64,000 bases of DNA from Balanoglossus misakiensis. Lineage: Eukaryota; Animalia; Hemichordata. A program made the translations under genes and the position numbers. The stretch covers positions 5,419,808 to 5,483,807 of the forward strand of contig CM082585.2 in NCBI GenBank assembly GCA_040954595.2, read 5' to 3'. This document shows, piece after piece, positions 37,857-51,175 of this stretch (position 1 is the stretch's first letter; each line of letters begins with the position of its first letter). The notes under the pieces are model-generated. The model saw only the letters and a program-made list of their open reading frames with translations, was not told the origin of the DNA and did no database searches.

Positions 37857-40362
37857 CAATGACTGATTTGCATTAATCGAAAGTTTCCTTCAAAAGCAAT
37901 ACTTCACCTTTTACAAGCCTCAAGTCAATCAACAAGTCTGTTTCTTTGACCTACACCACCAAATTCTGCTTCATAGTATCACAATTTCATATATGAAAGA
38001 CATTTTTTCTTGGCAATCTTATTCAAAATGTAAGATCGTAAACAACAGAACTATCGCAGATGTTTGCGGTCAATGTGTCTCCACGATTGCATCATATGTT
38101 TGTGATGGTGACAACCTCGCCGTAATGACATCGCCGTGATTGAAACTCAAGCTGTTTTTGATCCCAAAACATCATCCTTCTTAATACACACCGTGTTGTC
38201 AACAAGGCCGTTTTTCTGAACCCCCTGTGCTGTGTGTATAGGCAGGTGAATCAGGTGCAGAGTGTATCCCCTTTCTAGATGATTCCGAGATTGCCAATAT
38301 CTCTCCGGCCATCGTACTTGGAACTCTGGATGATCCCTGTGGATTTATCTGCGCATCACGGGGTGTTCACAACGGATATCACATCGGCGTAATTGTCGTG
38401 TTTTCAATGTTTTTGAAAGTAGAGGAAAAAAAGGGCAAGGAACTCGGCAGATCTTTCCAGATTCAGTTTTTGTTTTTGTTCTGTTTCTCTGATTTCTGTT
38501 TATTTTTTGCTGATAAAATTAATACTGTAACAGTGCACACTATTCATGGGTTAACTGGCATGATGTCACAGGTCAGGAACAGCACATATTTTTATTTTTT
38601 TTGGCCTAATGTTCCAATTTGTCACAATTTTGATGGATGAACAAAACATACAGCCATTACCATCATTAGCGTAGGTGGTCATTACAAAAGACCGTTTTTC
38701 CCCGCACTGTTTGCGTCACACACGACTGATGGACTGTTGATTAATGGTATCTGAAAGATGTCAATGCTCTTCCAAACCGTAACGAATTATCATGGCTGGA
38801 GATCTGGTGTGCCGATCGATGCAGATGTCTGGTATGTGAAACATATGGACATTATCCCACCGACTTGCGGTGCATTGGGCCATAAACAGGAAAATCTGCA
38901 GACGCTTGGAAAATTTCGAGGTCTTGCACCTTGTGGCAAAATAAAGTGCACGGTGCTCTTAATTCTGACCCCCTCAATTCCCCTGGACATGGGTCACGCA
39001 TTTGGTCCAAAATGGGATACGTTTTGAGTTGAAAATAGTCTAAAATAAGATTTGTACCATTTACTTAATGCAGGTACATGTACTTCTCCCAGGAACTGAT
39101 ACTTCTTGCTAAAGAGGCTTTGCGATGTGAAACAAGTTAAATATTAAAGGTTGCCTGTAACCTGGTTTTCTGCCAAATGGATTGATGGAAATAAAAATAG
39201 AGAGATGATTGCAGACAGTAATCATATCATAATTCTTATATATGTACTCTGCAGTTACTCTAATATTGATTTATTTGACATGGGGAAAAAAACACTTTCA
39301 CTTCACCAATTTTACGACAAATATTTGACTTGTGTCAAATCTTAAAGGGAACCAGTAAAACATTTTAATTTTAATTCAATTCATTTAATCAGCTGATCAT
39401 ATCTGCATTAGTAAGCGTAAAATTAAAACTCCAAATTTGTACCACGCATTCTCCTTAACATGTATTTTTGTGTGTCTTTCTTCCACTTGCTTTGCTTCAT
39501 GATAAATCTTTCAAGTTATTAAAAAAAAGTGTGACATTTATACTGTGGACGACTTAATTGGCGTACTTCATACTTGAGTGATGTGTTTTAAAGGTAATTT
39601 CCAGCTGTTTTATTGTAGTTACATCATGCGGTCTGTTGTCTGGCTCTCGAGAGAAGTGTTGACTCTGTACGCAAGTGCTGTCGTCAGACAGACGTTCTTG
39701 ACCCCGAAACCTCCCCCCCCCCCCCCAACAATCCATGTGCAGACAGTGTCGTGTCAAACAAAATGTAACTCTAAGTAGGCCATCAAATTCTGGGGCTGTG
39801 CACTTTTTTTGAAATGCCACTATTTCAAAATATGAGTGCCGGTTTAAAGCCCCAGTAGCTTGCCAGTTTCTGTCCATCTGTCTGTCCGTAAGTGCATACG
39901 TACATGTACACCGTATGTATATCTGTATGTTTTTGTCTCTTCCAATAGTTTAGTACCTATTTCAGAAAGAAAAAAATCACCCAATGGAGCTCAGCTGGCT
40001 TCATTTATTTCCCATGACTCGGGATGTTCACGAAATCGTGACACTCTAATGCATTGAGATGAAACTAAATGACACCGAAACATACACTGAACTGAACTCG
40101 TATCTTTTTTTAGACATATTGTATTGTCCATCTCAGCATCCGTGACTTTCACACACACAAAAAATACATGCATTTTGCCTGGAGGGATTGGGAGCAGCTG
40201 TATCTTCGTGCGCTGAAAATCGCGTGTTATAAAAAAACAACTTTGCATCCTCAGCGTGCCATCGCTCCTGTACTTCAGGAAGTTGGGTGCAACACGTGTG
40301 CAACGTTTTCAGCGATTCTGGAAAATTGATTTAGCTATTTAAATTGTACATGTATGTGACTG

Positions 40363-40793
40363 TTAAATCCTGAAAAATTCTGGACTTTTGAGTTCATGTT
40401 GGTATAAATAAACCAACATTATTGACCTCAATTCAGAAGTTCATAAAATCGATTTTATTATTAGAAGTATTGAAACATTTCTAACTTTTTGTCAATTGGG
40501 ATGGAAGGTGTGTGTAGTTGAACATTGATTCACTGTCTATATATCCACATTTACATTAACATAAATGGTGTCTTGTATCAAACATAATTAATGGAAAAAT
40601 GGCAGCGAGAGATAATTAATGGAAAAATGGCAGCGAGAGAGAGACTTTGTCCCTTTAAATCCTGAAAAATCCCAGAATTTTGAGTTCATGTTGGTATAAA
40701 TAAACCAACAATATTGACCTCAATTCAGAAGTTCATGTTATAAAATAGATTTTATTATTAGAAATATTGTAAAATTGATAACTTTTTGTCAAT
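40363..40793. repeat. ~135-bp direct repeat (40363-40496 and 40655-40793) bracketing a family B fragment
   Basis: ttaaatcctgaaaaat...ttttgagttcatgttggtataaataaaccaaca...taactttttgtcaat twice. Confidence 0.9.
40497..40658. mobile_element. MITE family B, right arm fragment with an internal 28-bp tandem duplication
   Basis: tgggatggaa...gtgtcttgtatcaaacataattaatggaaaa...gactttgtccctTTAA; ataattaatggaaaaatggcagcgagag present twice. Confidence 0.85.
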
Positions 40794-41319
40794 GGACGTA
40801 ATTGGAGGTAATAGAGAATAGAGAAGAATTGATTCAATTAAATGGAATTCATCTGGTAATGTCAGTCGGGGGGAAATGATTTATTGTGGTGACTGATTTT
40901 GGCGAAGATGGTATTTCTTTGATGAGGGGATATGGAATGTGGACATTGTGAAGCCTAGTTGATTGGTGCTGTAGGCTGAGTTATGAAACAGACAATTGTG
41001 TTTTATCAATGGTGCTTGCAGCCAATGACTTCCGAACTCCTTTTCTGTGACACTACAAACCCATTGGTGGTTTTAAGGTAGTATGCCCCTCAGGGACAGA
41101 TTTTCAGAAAAAATGAAAGCCCTGGAAACCTTCCAATCACTACTTTAATATTTCTCCATAGACTTAAAACACAGAGACAGACGGCCATTTTGAATATTGA
41201 ATTGAATTAAGAATTTGGGACAATTTGACAGTTTTGCTCTCTCACTCAAAATTTTGCGCCGTGACCCCCACTTTTGTATTCTCAATTTTAAAAGAGAATA
41301 ATCCAAAGTTGCCATGAGC

Positions 41320-41392
41320 AACGGTGTCGTGTATCAAACATAATAAATGGAAAAGGGGCAGCGAGAGAGAGAGAGAGACTTTGTCCCTTTAA
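41320..41392. mobile_element. MITE family B, terminal 70-bp fragment
   Basis: aacggtgtcgtgtatcaaacataa...gcagcgagagagagagagagactttgtccctTTAA. Confidence 0.8.
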
Positions 41393-42585
41393 TACATGTA
41401 GAATAGTGCAATTACTGGCATGAACTCAATAGAAAGTTAAACTTTAATAACTAGGTGTCTTTTATTTATGAAAAATTGAAATACGAAATGTCATCCATGC
41501 ATATTTCAAATGATTACCTAGATATTTATGTACGAAAATATGAATAGGATGGTTCGCAACATGAAACAGATGGCCTCTTGGGCAGGAAGTGATCAAGCAG
41601 TATTATTAAACTATAATTTCAGCTTTTCTATTTCATCCAAAACATATGAATATGACCCACAGTTTATTTTTAGCACCATTTCTTGTTAGGTTTGACATTC
41701 TGAAAAACAGAAATGCACTACATTTGTGAATTTGCGATTCGGTGATAATACGTACTTCTGACTTTTCGCGACTCATTCAAAGATATTTTCTGTTTTCTGT
41801 TCCAGCATTGCAAAACAAAATTACCAATATCGATTTCTTTCTAATAAATTAGTAATGCACGCACTATGCACAGTATGGTTCTAACTGGACGAAAGAATTG
41901 CCTTTAATGACAGGAAGTAATTTTGCAAATGTTTCTAAAATGAGTAATGTGTGTGTTGTTCTGCAAACATATTATTAGCCTTTTAAGAAATATGTACGTG
42001 TGTCGCGTGTGGGTTTGGCTCTTGTTTCAGCTCACCTTTTCATACACGTGAGCTAATGATATTGTGATGTGTGTTTGTATGTGTGTGTGTCTGCTGTATA
42101 TCTGCCTACCTGTCTGTCTGTCTGTGTCGGTGTTTTTGCTAAGGTTGGTCAGGAACATAAATGTAAATAATTTGGGGACCCCGTATTGTTTCTGATTCCT
42201 TTTCAATGCAATTGATGTATCGAGGAGAGCCCTGGTAAAAATGGCTGGGGAATCTTGGTATTAACGTTTACCTGGGTACCACTCTTGAAAACACATACTG
42301 TGTGTTAGTGTTGATCGATATCGAGACTGGCTGGTCAGATTGATCCAAAAGTCGGTACACAGTTGCAGTTATGATGTGGCCAAAAAAATTTGAACGTGTT
42401 ATTGCAGTTTGCATTATATTATAATTACTAAAAGTTAAAAATAATTAATGAAATTGCTGAGTGAAAAACTGATTGGTGATATGGACGTGCTAGTGGCCAA
42501 CCTTGGAATAAAGCTAAAATTTGAAAGAAGAAATGGGGTAGAGGAGCAAGAGGGTGAGGTGGGGTACCCTCTGTGTCCAAGAATT

Positions 42586-42678
42586 TTCACCCTTTCACCC
42601 CCAGTTCCCTCTTTAGAGGTCCAACCGTAACATAGAAAACAATGGGTGTGGACTGAACCATGATAATGAAAGGGTTAA
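42586..42678 (-). mobile_element. MITE family D, reverse orientation
   Basis: TTCA-CCCTTTCACCCCCAGTTCCCTC...GGACTGAACCATGATAATGAAAGGG-TTAA. Confidence 0.82.
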
Positions 42679-44633
42679 AGTTTGGACAGTGGTTAAGTAC
42701 TATGGGATGTGGATTGTAAAGGCTAGTGGTTTTGTGTGCAGATTTGCAGTGTGTCTGAATTCGAATCTTGTAATATATATATATACAAGTCGATTTTATC
42801 AATTACCTCTTACAGCTAGGGACAGTCTTCTATCCCTGAAGCATTAATGTATCTTTGCATGAAGTTTAAGAATACTTGGCAATTTTAGCCTGTGAAACAA
42901 AGTTGATGCATGGTACAAAAATAGTGGAAGAAAAAAAATCAGGTGCTGTCGCTGTTACTGAAATTATACTGAGTATAAGAAATATGATATTCATCAAATC
43001 AGAGGTTTAAATGACCCAAAATTAATGTGTACTTTTCCATAAAAAAGTGCCCTTGTTACATAATTACACATCTTTTAGTTGAGAAATAAAAACCTTTGAG
43101 ATTGCTCAAAAGGGAAATTGCAAATCTTAAACTCATTCAACGCGACAGGAAGCAAGGTGCCTGAATGCCCCCGCTGTCGCTGTGAATGAAAATGGAACGG
43201 TCCATAGTGATGGCTGCACTCCCCTGCGCTTCAGTGGTTCGGTCTGGTTCTTTGATAAGCATCGTTAGTGATACGGTCGTGAGGGAAACCAAGTTTCACC
43301 ACAAGCTCCATCAGTCTTCCTGGAGACGAGTGCGAGGTATTCCACGTCCGTCGTGTGTCGAACCTGTGTCACACCTAAAGGTTCCCGACAAAGCCTCCAA
43401 AATCCATGAGAAGACGACCAGCCCATCCATCATCATATGATATTTTAAGATCGTACCCCAAGCAACTCATATCGTTGTCATTTTCCTTCACGTAACGTTC
43501 AAGATTACAAAGGCAGAAGGTAATGTCTTGCTCTACGAAAGGGAAATAGAATATCGTACTTGTAGTGTCATTGTCACCTTGATGTTTAAATGTCATTGTC
43601 ATGTTATCTCGCACAGCTAAATCATCTCGTTTTTTTAGGTCAGCCTGCGTACAGAATCCTGAAAATCTGAACTCTCTATTGTTGAGATATCAGAGAAGAC
43701 TGAAATTCAAATGTCATTGAGGGAAATAATGATCAGTTTTAATTATCGACTGAAAGGATGGAATGGTGTCCTTGTGAACCTCACGCTTCCCGGTGGAAAT
43801 CCGATTTCATTCCGGCTGATGGTGTATTCCCCAAAGTGTAACACATCCGGAGGGGTTAATCAATTCAACAGTTGACTTTGTTTTCGTAGCGACATTAGAA
43901 CTGTGTTTAGAAGATGCTGGATTTCTAATTGCTGCATTCAGCTTGTGTCCTTGTCGGGCACACAAATGTTTACTAAAACAATTCACCAAATATCATGAGA
44001 CATTGATGAAAATGTTGATATTATTAACTGATATTTATACTGTCGAAGACATTCTTGTGTAGCTGCGTCGAGCTGTTCTACATTCCATTCAGGTTTTGAA
44101 AAATTCTGAAATACTCCTGTAGCTGTCGTTAATGATATTACATGAATGGCCTTGTTATCTTAGTTTACGTTGGGTCTGTTGGGGGAAAATGGATATGCTA
44201 CTGCTTACTGTCAAGCAACAGGATTTGACAGTAGCGGTCTTTAAAAATTCAAGAAATCCGGTTGGATATATCGTCAATTCCGGGAATTAGACATATTTTT
44301 AGACGGATCATGGCACGACAAAACTGGAAAGGGGGAAAGTCAGTATTTATTGTAGAAAATGAATGATGCAAATTCAGCATCAAAATTCAGTCGCAGTTTC
44401 ATGACTCCCGTAGCCCATCAAAGTGATTCACTTAGAAGACGTGATGATCTTGATATATTTCAGCCCCGGGCCTTGGTGATATCAAGAAGCCATGTGTGTT
44501 GCCAACGTGTCATAATACACGTGTTATTGTACCCTGCAAACTTGTCTCAGACTCCTGTTTGTATTTTATCATGAAATTCGAGCATGAAAAGCATCTCTTC
44601 TAACATTTGTATATTAAACACAGCTGAGGGATA

Positions 44634-44844
44634 TACTGTAAAACACTTTATTTTCGCGAGTAATAAATTTTCGCGAAATACGCCAGAGCCAAAATAGCGT
44701 GAAAATGAAAAGTCGCATAATTTTTTTTAAAGATAACGATGCAGTGAATGAAAAAAAAGAACGTGAAAATTAATACTCGCGAAACAGTGGCCTCTCTCGA
44801 TGTTGCGAAAATTTCAACTCGCGAAAATAAAGTGTTTTACTGTA
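44634..44844 (-). mobile_element. MITE family A, full copy
   Basis: TIRs intact except one terminal mismatch; reverse orientation. Confidence 0.9.
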
Positions 44845-47725
44845 GTTTACATCTATAAGAAGTAGCTCAACTCCAAAAAAGGTGATTTGTGATGACGACA
44901 TCAGTCGGTACTCTGAAGGATGTTCGTTGTGTGAAGTGAAATTGACACCACGTACTCCAAGCACACTCTGCCGTTTTCCGATTTCACAGGATGTCAGCTG
45001 AGCGTCGGGCTCAGAGGCCAACTCCAGTTTGAGCGTCCAAAATAAATCACTCCACTCCCTGAAGCAAGGTTGGCATGCGAGGTCTTGCCGGGGTATAATC
45101 GGTTCACTGGCCTGACATCCTCTCTTGTGAACCCTCTGACTCTTTGCGTGCAACCTTCCAACCTCAGGCTCGTGAGTGAATCCATCTGTATGTGCATGTA
45201 AATGTGAGCGAATGTCGTAAAATTAACGCAAGCGCGTTTAGATGCCTTTCTCCGTCCACTGAAAAGAATTTGCGGTCTCTGCTAGCGCCCGGGGGTGGCG
45301 GTTGTTCTCGAAATCATGCAGTTTGTTGCGCCAGATTCTCGCTGATCTCTCAGTTCTCGGCACTGGGACCACTGGGTGAGTCATTATACACACAGATCAG
45401 TGCCTTCGTGTTCTGTATAGTGTGACATCACAGAAGTGGATACTTCCTAGATTTTCTTCATCTTCTCACCTGTTGCCGTAATCTGTGAAGACACTCATTC
45501 AGATATATAGACTGACAAATCATATCAAAATCTCGGTAAAAATAAATTTCAAGACTCAGTTTCAAGATCGTTTCAAAGACACTACCAGTTCTGACTGATC
45601 ATACTATTTCCTTAATTTATGATCATTTTTTTTGCCCATTAATTACAACCGTGACGTCAATGCACAGATCTGTGACTTATAGTCCATGATTGCCATGGCA
45701 ACCGCTGATCGGTTGCTACTGGAAACGGCTGCTAATGTCATACAGTGGCATGATTAGAGTCAAAGTAGCAGGACAGCTTTGAGAGTCGTGCTTCACTGTT
45801 ATCAGTGAACTTGACTGCAACCTTGGGATGATGTGACATATGGAAGTCGCTCAAACGCGTACACTTTACGTAGAAGATCAAAAGTCAATATCCCAAATAT
45901 ATCGGGTTAAAATAAAACTTTCTACTGTCAAAACAAAAGTGTCATTTCAGCGATAGAACAGAACTGGTCACGCAATCTGATAATTAATACACAAGGTCTA
46001 CAGAAAACACGTGAAATACAGTTTGTCCAAATTTTACGAGCGAGTGAGAATAGCTTTCTATTTTTAGCAACAGGAAACATGCATGCTTGCCTTATTGTTT
46101 TCCATACTGAGTGAAAAATGGATTAACCCATTTCAGATATTAATGTAGGGCTGAATGCATCGTATGCTTGGTGGAAGTCGCTACCGAAGGGTTCAAATTG
46201 CTAGGCAACGGTTGCTAGGGAGAATGTTCAAAATCTAAGAAAATGTATATTTTGGTGGTTTTCTTTGAATGAGTAAGGTACAGGTTGAATAGGCACAGGT
46301 TTATCGTTTATCAAATGTGCTAATTATAATTCCTATTAATCCATGTCAAATTTTCCGACTTTTAGAATTTAATTCAGTTTAATTCAACATTTGAGATACC
46401 TGTTTAGAAGATGAACCCATAGAATCTGCAAAGAAGGCGAAATGACAAATGTTAACTTCACTTTCTGAATAGATGAATTTTTGAAGCTATATTGTATAAA
46501 CAATACTGAATTTGTTTTAGAAAGTCGTGTGTAGTGTGTACTCTTTTCTATGACTTGTATAATTTTACCAGAGAGAAAATTTCCAAACACCAGAAGCTGA
46601 AAATTGATAGAACAAGAAATCAGTATATTTTGCATACAAAATTTCAAAGTGTTTGCAGCCAACGCATTTGCGATATTTAACTCAGAGAGATTGTGCTGCA
46701 ACATGTATGTGCATGGATGAATGAATGCAGAAATAGGTTTTCCGGCTTTGTTTAATGGTAAATATCTTACTATTTTTATCCCAGATATTTAGCAGTATCA
46801 ATGTTGAAAATTGAGCTGAAATCAGGAATGACGTGGTTGGAAGCATATTTTTTAATGAGGTGTCGAATTGTGTCGTTTTCGGTGCCATTTGTGGGGTTTC
46901 TGTGTTGAGGAGATTCTGTTGGAAGTGAGATTAAATACCCAGGAAATTGCAGAATCCATAGAAACTGGCTGTTGGCATATAAGGAGCTTACAGATTAAAA
47001 TGTGTGAGAAATGAAAATATGGCATACTTGTACGATTTCTTCATCGCTGTTGCTATAGACCGCATTTGTGATCTGATGTTTCTTGTTCTGTGTACACGAA
47101 ACCTGGTACAGCATCGCCATGGTAACTCCTAAATTCTGACGATCAAGAACTGATGATATTTATCTATGCAAATTTTAAAGTTAAATATCCATGTTTTAGT
47201 TTTTTCTGCTGTTGACCTCTTGTTTACAAAATATGAAAATAATTTGTATAATTCTAGGTCAGTCAGACTCAAAAATTACAAGTATTAGCTATCACAGATA
47301 CTGCAAGACCTTATTTTGTCAAGATAAAAATTGCCCCATAGGATTAGGATTTCAAATTTTAAAGTGGTGTGTTTTGAGTTTTGTACACTCAGCAGAGAAA
47401 GTCATAATATTTTGTCCCAGTGTGGGTATTTATGATGCAAGGAGGTGTTTTGTGAAAATTGTTAATTGACATTGGGATTGAATCAAAGATAGTGTGTGGG
47501 GGATAATAGCTCAACTGAGAACTCAAGGTGCAATTTTCGTCAATTTCTCCTGTCTATCAAAGTTGTTTGTGAAACTTGGAGACTGGGTCGTGATTTTCAT
47601 TACAAGTCTGTTTGTCACCTGACTTGTAACATGTGAAGGCTGCTAAATTAGATTTGTATCGTAACGTTGGTCGAATTATTTATAATATGCAGTCACAACG
47701 GACCAAGAAGAAATTATGTATCATT

Positions 47726-47860
47726 GCGTTGGTTTGATCCTTGCACCATCTGAATCGCGTGATGTTTTGCAATTATTTTCACATCTTCGTGTTGGTTTGA
47801 TTTTTTTGACCACCTGAATCGCGGATGTTTACCAATGATTTTCACATCTTCGCGTTGGTC
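47726..47860. repeat. Diverged tandem duplication, 63 bp x 2
   Basis: gttggtttgat...acca(t/c)ctgaatcgcg...attttcacatcttcg twice. Confidence 0.8.
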
Positions 47861-50096
47861 TATAAATAACATTGGATTTTTTGTTTACTAAATTTTTGAT
47901 TATTCACAATAAGCATTTAGCTACAGATCCCCCGCCACAAATGTTAACAAAACACGCAATAATCTTGAACTGGTAAAGAAAATATTAGCTTTTTTTGCAG
48001 TGACTACCTGTGACTAAAAAACCCGCTGCTGATTGCTTGCAGCCAATTATCCAGTGACAACAAAGAAGAATGTGTTAATTTCACATGCCCGGCATTGACG
48101 GAAATTGACAATATCCTTGCTGGACAGTATTAATCAAAGCAGGTGTCTATGAAAACAAATCATGGAAGGTCTATTGATGTACAGAACATCAATACAAAAC
48201 CCAGGATATTAATATGAAGTTATAACAGTGTATGTGTCATCGTTCGAACCGCTAATAATCGGCATCACGAATGTGTGGATGGTGTGTTTGTGTGGACGGT
48301 TGCTTGGTTGCAATGCAAATATATGCAAATTGATTAAGACGGCGTTCGTTTCCCAACAAGAAAGAAGTGGATTAAATGCACTGTGGAAGTAAAGTACGTA
48401 CAGTTTTGAAACAGCTGGCTTGTGTTTTGCGGGCAATCGACGGGAGAAACATCGAGAACCGTTGATGTGTGTGTGTTTTTTTCCGGCTCACCTCTCTTGA
48501 CTTTGCCATGTTTGTTGTGGCCTACTCTGTGCAGTTGACTGTTTTGCCATTGCAGCGCATGCAACCTCAAAGTTTCGCCACATTGGAAGGAAAAAACTTT
48601 GGAGTGTAGTCATAGGTACCCAACTTTCTTCAATTTTTCAGAAGGCTTTTTCAGAGTATTGTTGTCACTGTTAGGCAACAGATGATAAATACACAAATAT
48701 CGGCATGATTTTACATGAAACCCTTTGAAACCAGCTCGGAATAAAAGTTCTGAATGATGTCATAGGTCACCGCAGGGTCAGGGTGCCCAGACTCAGCTCC
48801 TAGCAACACAAGATCTAGATTTTAGACTGTGGTCCACAGTATGGCAGACAACTGTACAGATATGTTTTAACCAACCCAACCCACCTGGTTGGCTAAGAGT
48901 AACTTTACATGACTGCGTGATTTTAAATGTCATCGTGTATCAAGAATCCATTATACTGAAAAGATCAAATGTATCCCTTTCAGAATCGGTAAAGTCGGAA
49001 ACGCAATTTTTTTGCCACTACATGTATTAGACGCCACGCACAGCTTATTATGTGCTTAGTCTGGCTCTGTTGATATTTGGTTGAACTTTTCTCAAAACCT
49101 CGCCAGTTTCCACGTTCGCATTTACAGACAAACAGTGATCGGTTTTAAAGATCACGTCGGACGTCACGAGGTTTAAAAATAACGGTAGTTGGGATTGAGG
49201 ACAGCGTTACGTCTCCGTGATACGGGTGAAGTCGCAAACGGAGATGAGAAAACAAGAAGGAACCCTAAGCGGATGTTTTGGACTCATCGCTGCCCCGATC
49301 CCCATCACAATACTCCCTGGATACGGTTGCCGAGTATTATTGATGTCACAAAATCCCCGGGAATTGAGGTAAAAAACTCCTGCATCATTCAGCAATATGG
49401 CCTGGAGTATGTGTTTATACGCAAAATACCGCATCTGACAGCGCGGCAGTCAATGCAACTTGCGTGTTTCAGTCAGAACTATAGAACGTTTGCGCTTACA
49501 GCCAGAAAAAAACTGGAAGCTGCATTCAACTGGGGAATTGACAACTAGTCTGTCGGCTGTCATGATAAAAGGGGGATTTCAAACAGGAAGAATGTTTTTT
49601 ATACACACAAGGATATTCTGGTCATTGACTCTATCTTCGTGATTTGTATTCTGTTGATCCCATCCTGGTCTGACGACATCAGGGCTTTCGATTTTCACAA
49701 ATACATAACCGGATGTAAACTACAGATCATGAACACAGGGTGTCAGTGGCTTTCTATTGGAGATTATTCCTTGTTTGTTGATGTCATGCTAATGAGCCGC
49801 AAAGAATTCAAATCCCTGTTTCCTTTCTAGCGGAAAAGTGATTTTTTTTTCACCGATAAATGTCGTCACTCTACTAAGCTGAAAGATTGCATCTTCATCC
49901 CTTGGTAGCAGAAAAGATGTATGTTAACTTTCCATTTAGTTGACGGTTAAATTAAAGGTTTCACCCAAGATGGCAAGGCACATGTTATTTTGTAGATTGG
50001 TTGCTTGTTTGGTTGATCAATTGATCAATTATTGATTGGTTTGTTATAAAGTGATTGATGAACTGGGGATTGATTGAGGATTATTAACTTGCTGGC

Positions 50097-50138
50097 TGGT
50101 TGGTTGGTTGGTTGGTTGGTTGGTTGGTTGGTTGGTTG
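50097..50138. repeat. (TTGG)n microsatellite
   Basis: Direct inspection. Confidence 0.95.
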
Positions 50139-50301
50139 AATTAAATTTGGTAAAGCAAAAAAGAATCTAAAAGTCCAAAACAACAAAAAAACAATTTCAG
50201 GACAGGCGTTATCTATGTGAGTGGTCGTACATTACATATTATTAATTGCATAGCATCGCAAGGGTTAAGATGATTCACACTGGTTGCAACTATACCCATT
50301 G

Positions 50302-50359
50302 GTTGTCATGGTAACCAGTCTGTTTCCCCGGTAACACTACCATCAGTTGTCGTGGTTAC
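50302..50359. promoter_or_regulatory. Cluster of three X-box-like sites
   Basis: GTTGTCATGGTAAC (50302), GTTTCCCCGGTAAC (50322), GTTGTCGTGGTTAC (50346). Confidence 0.5.
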
Positions 50360-51175
50360 AGCTCATGACTATACTTTCTGAGAGGATGAATAGCCGTACA
50401 GGTGAAAGAGCAGAGATGGGGACGGTGCTGTGTTTGAAGTACATGTATGTCGGTCGCTAATGGTAGGTCGGTTGATTTACAGGATACCCTAAAGGTCAGG
50501 GGTCAACTATTGATGAGTTGGGCATATAAAACAGTGCCCCCCGTTTTCTGTGATTAATATGTCTCTGTGGATTTTGAAGAATTAGACGCAAAATGACCGT
50601 ATGGTAAATATGCTTGGAACCTCCACTTGAATGTATACTGCAAACATGAGTTGATCGGCTTATTTTGATTGTGTTGTATTTGTGTCAAAAATAAATCTCT
50701 TTTTATAGGCTTTTGGGCTATTTTTGGATTGAAATTGGTGTCAAGAGGGACACAGATTGTTGTGACCCTAAATACCTCGTATACTGAAATCTGATTTAGG
50801 TGTTTTATTTCTGTCTCTGTGGAATACAGCATTTAATTGGTATTTCATCAAAATGCTATACACTAGGAAGAAATTTAAGTTCAGTTTCGCTGAAAATGTA
50901 TATATTAAAAAGGAGTTAAAATTGATAACTTGTTAGGGATTAAAAATCAAAGTGGCCTTCGGTAAATGTGTACAAGTCAATTTGCATCTTACGAAAACAC
51001 AGTAAGACTTGTCATCTCAGCTCAGCTCAGCAAAAAAGTTAGAATCTTTTTTTTAGTTTCACAGAAACCTTGTATTTCACATTAAAATTTTCAGTTAAAC
51101 TGTTGCAATATAGGTACCAGAGCTTGGTTAGTGCACATATTTTCATGCGAATTACTATGTATGTGCTGTGCAGAC

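Noticed and set aside
44990-45171. Plus-strand segment with a good acceptor (tttcacAG) and donor (ctc|GTGAGT)
   Set aside because: Stops in all three frames and no in-frame ATG. It could be a poison or non-coding exon, but nothing in the sequence supports that.
47498-47530. tRNA-like 5' end GGGGATAATAGCTCAAC
   Set aside because: No anticodon or T arm and no B-box downstream.
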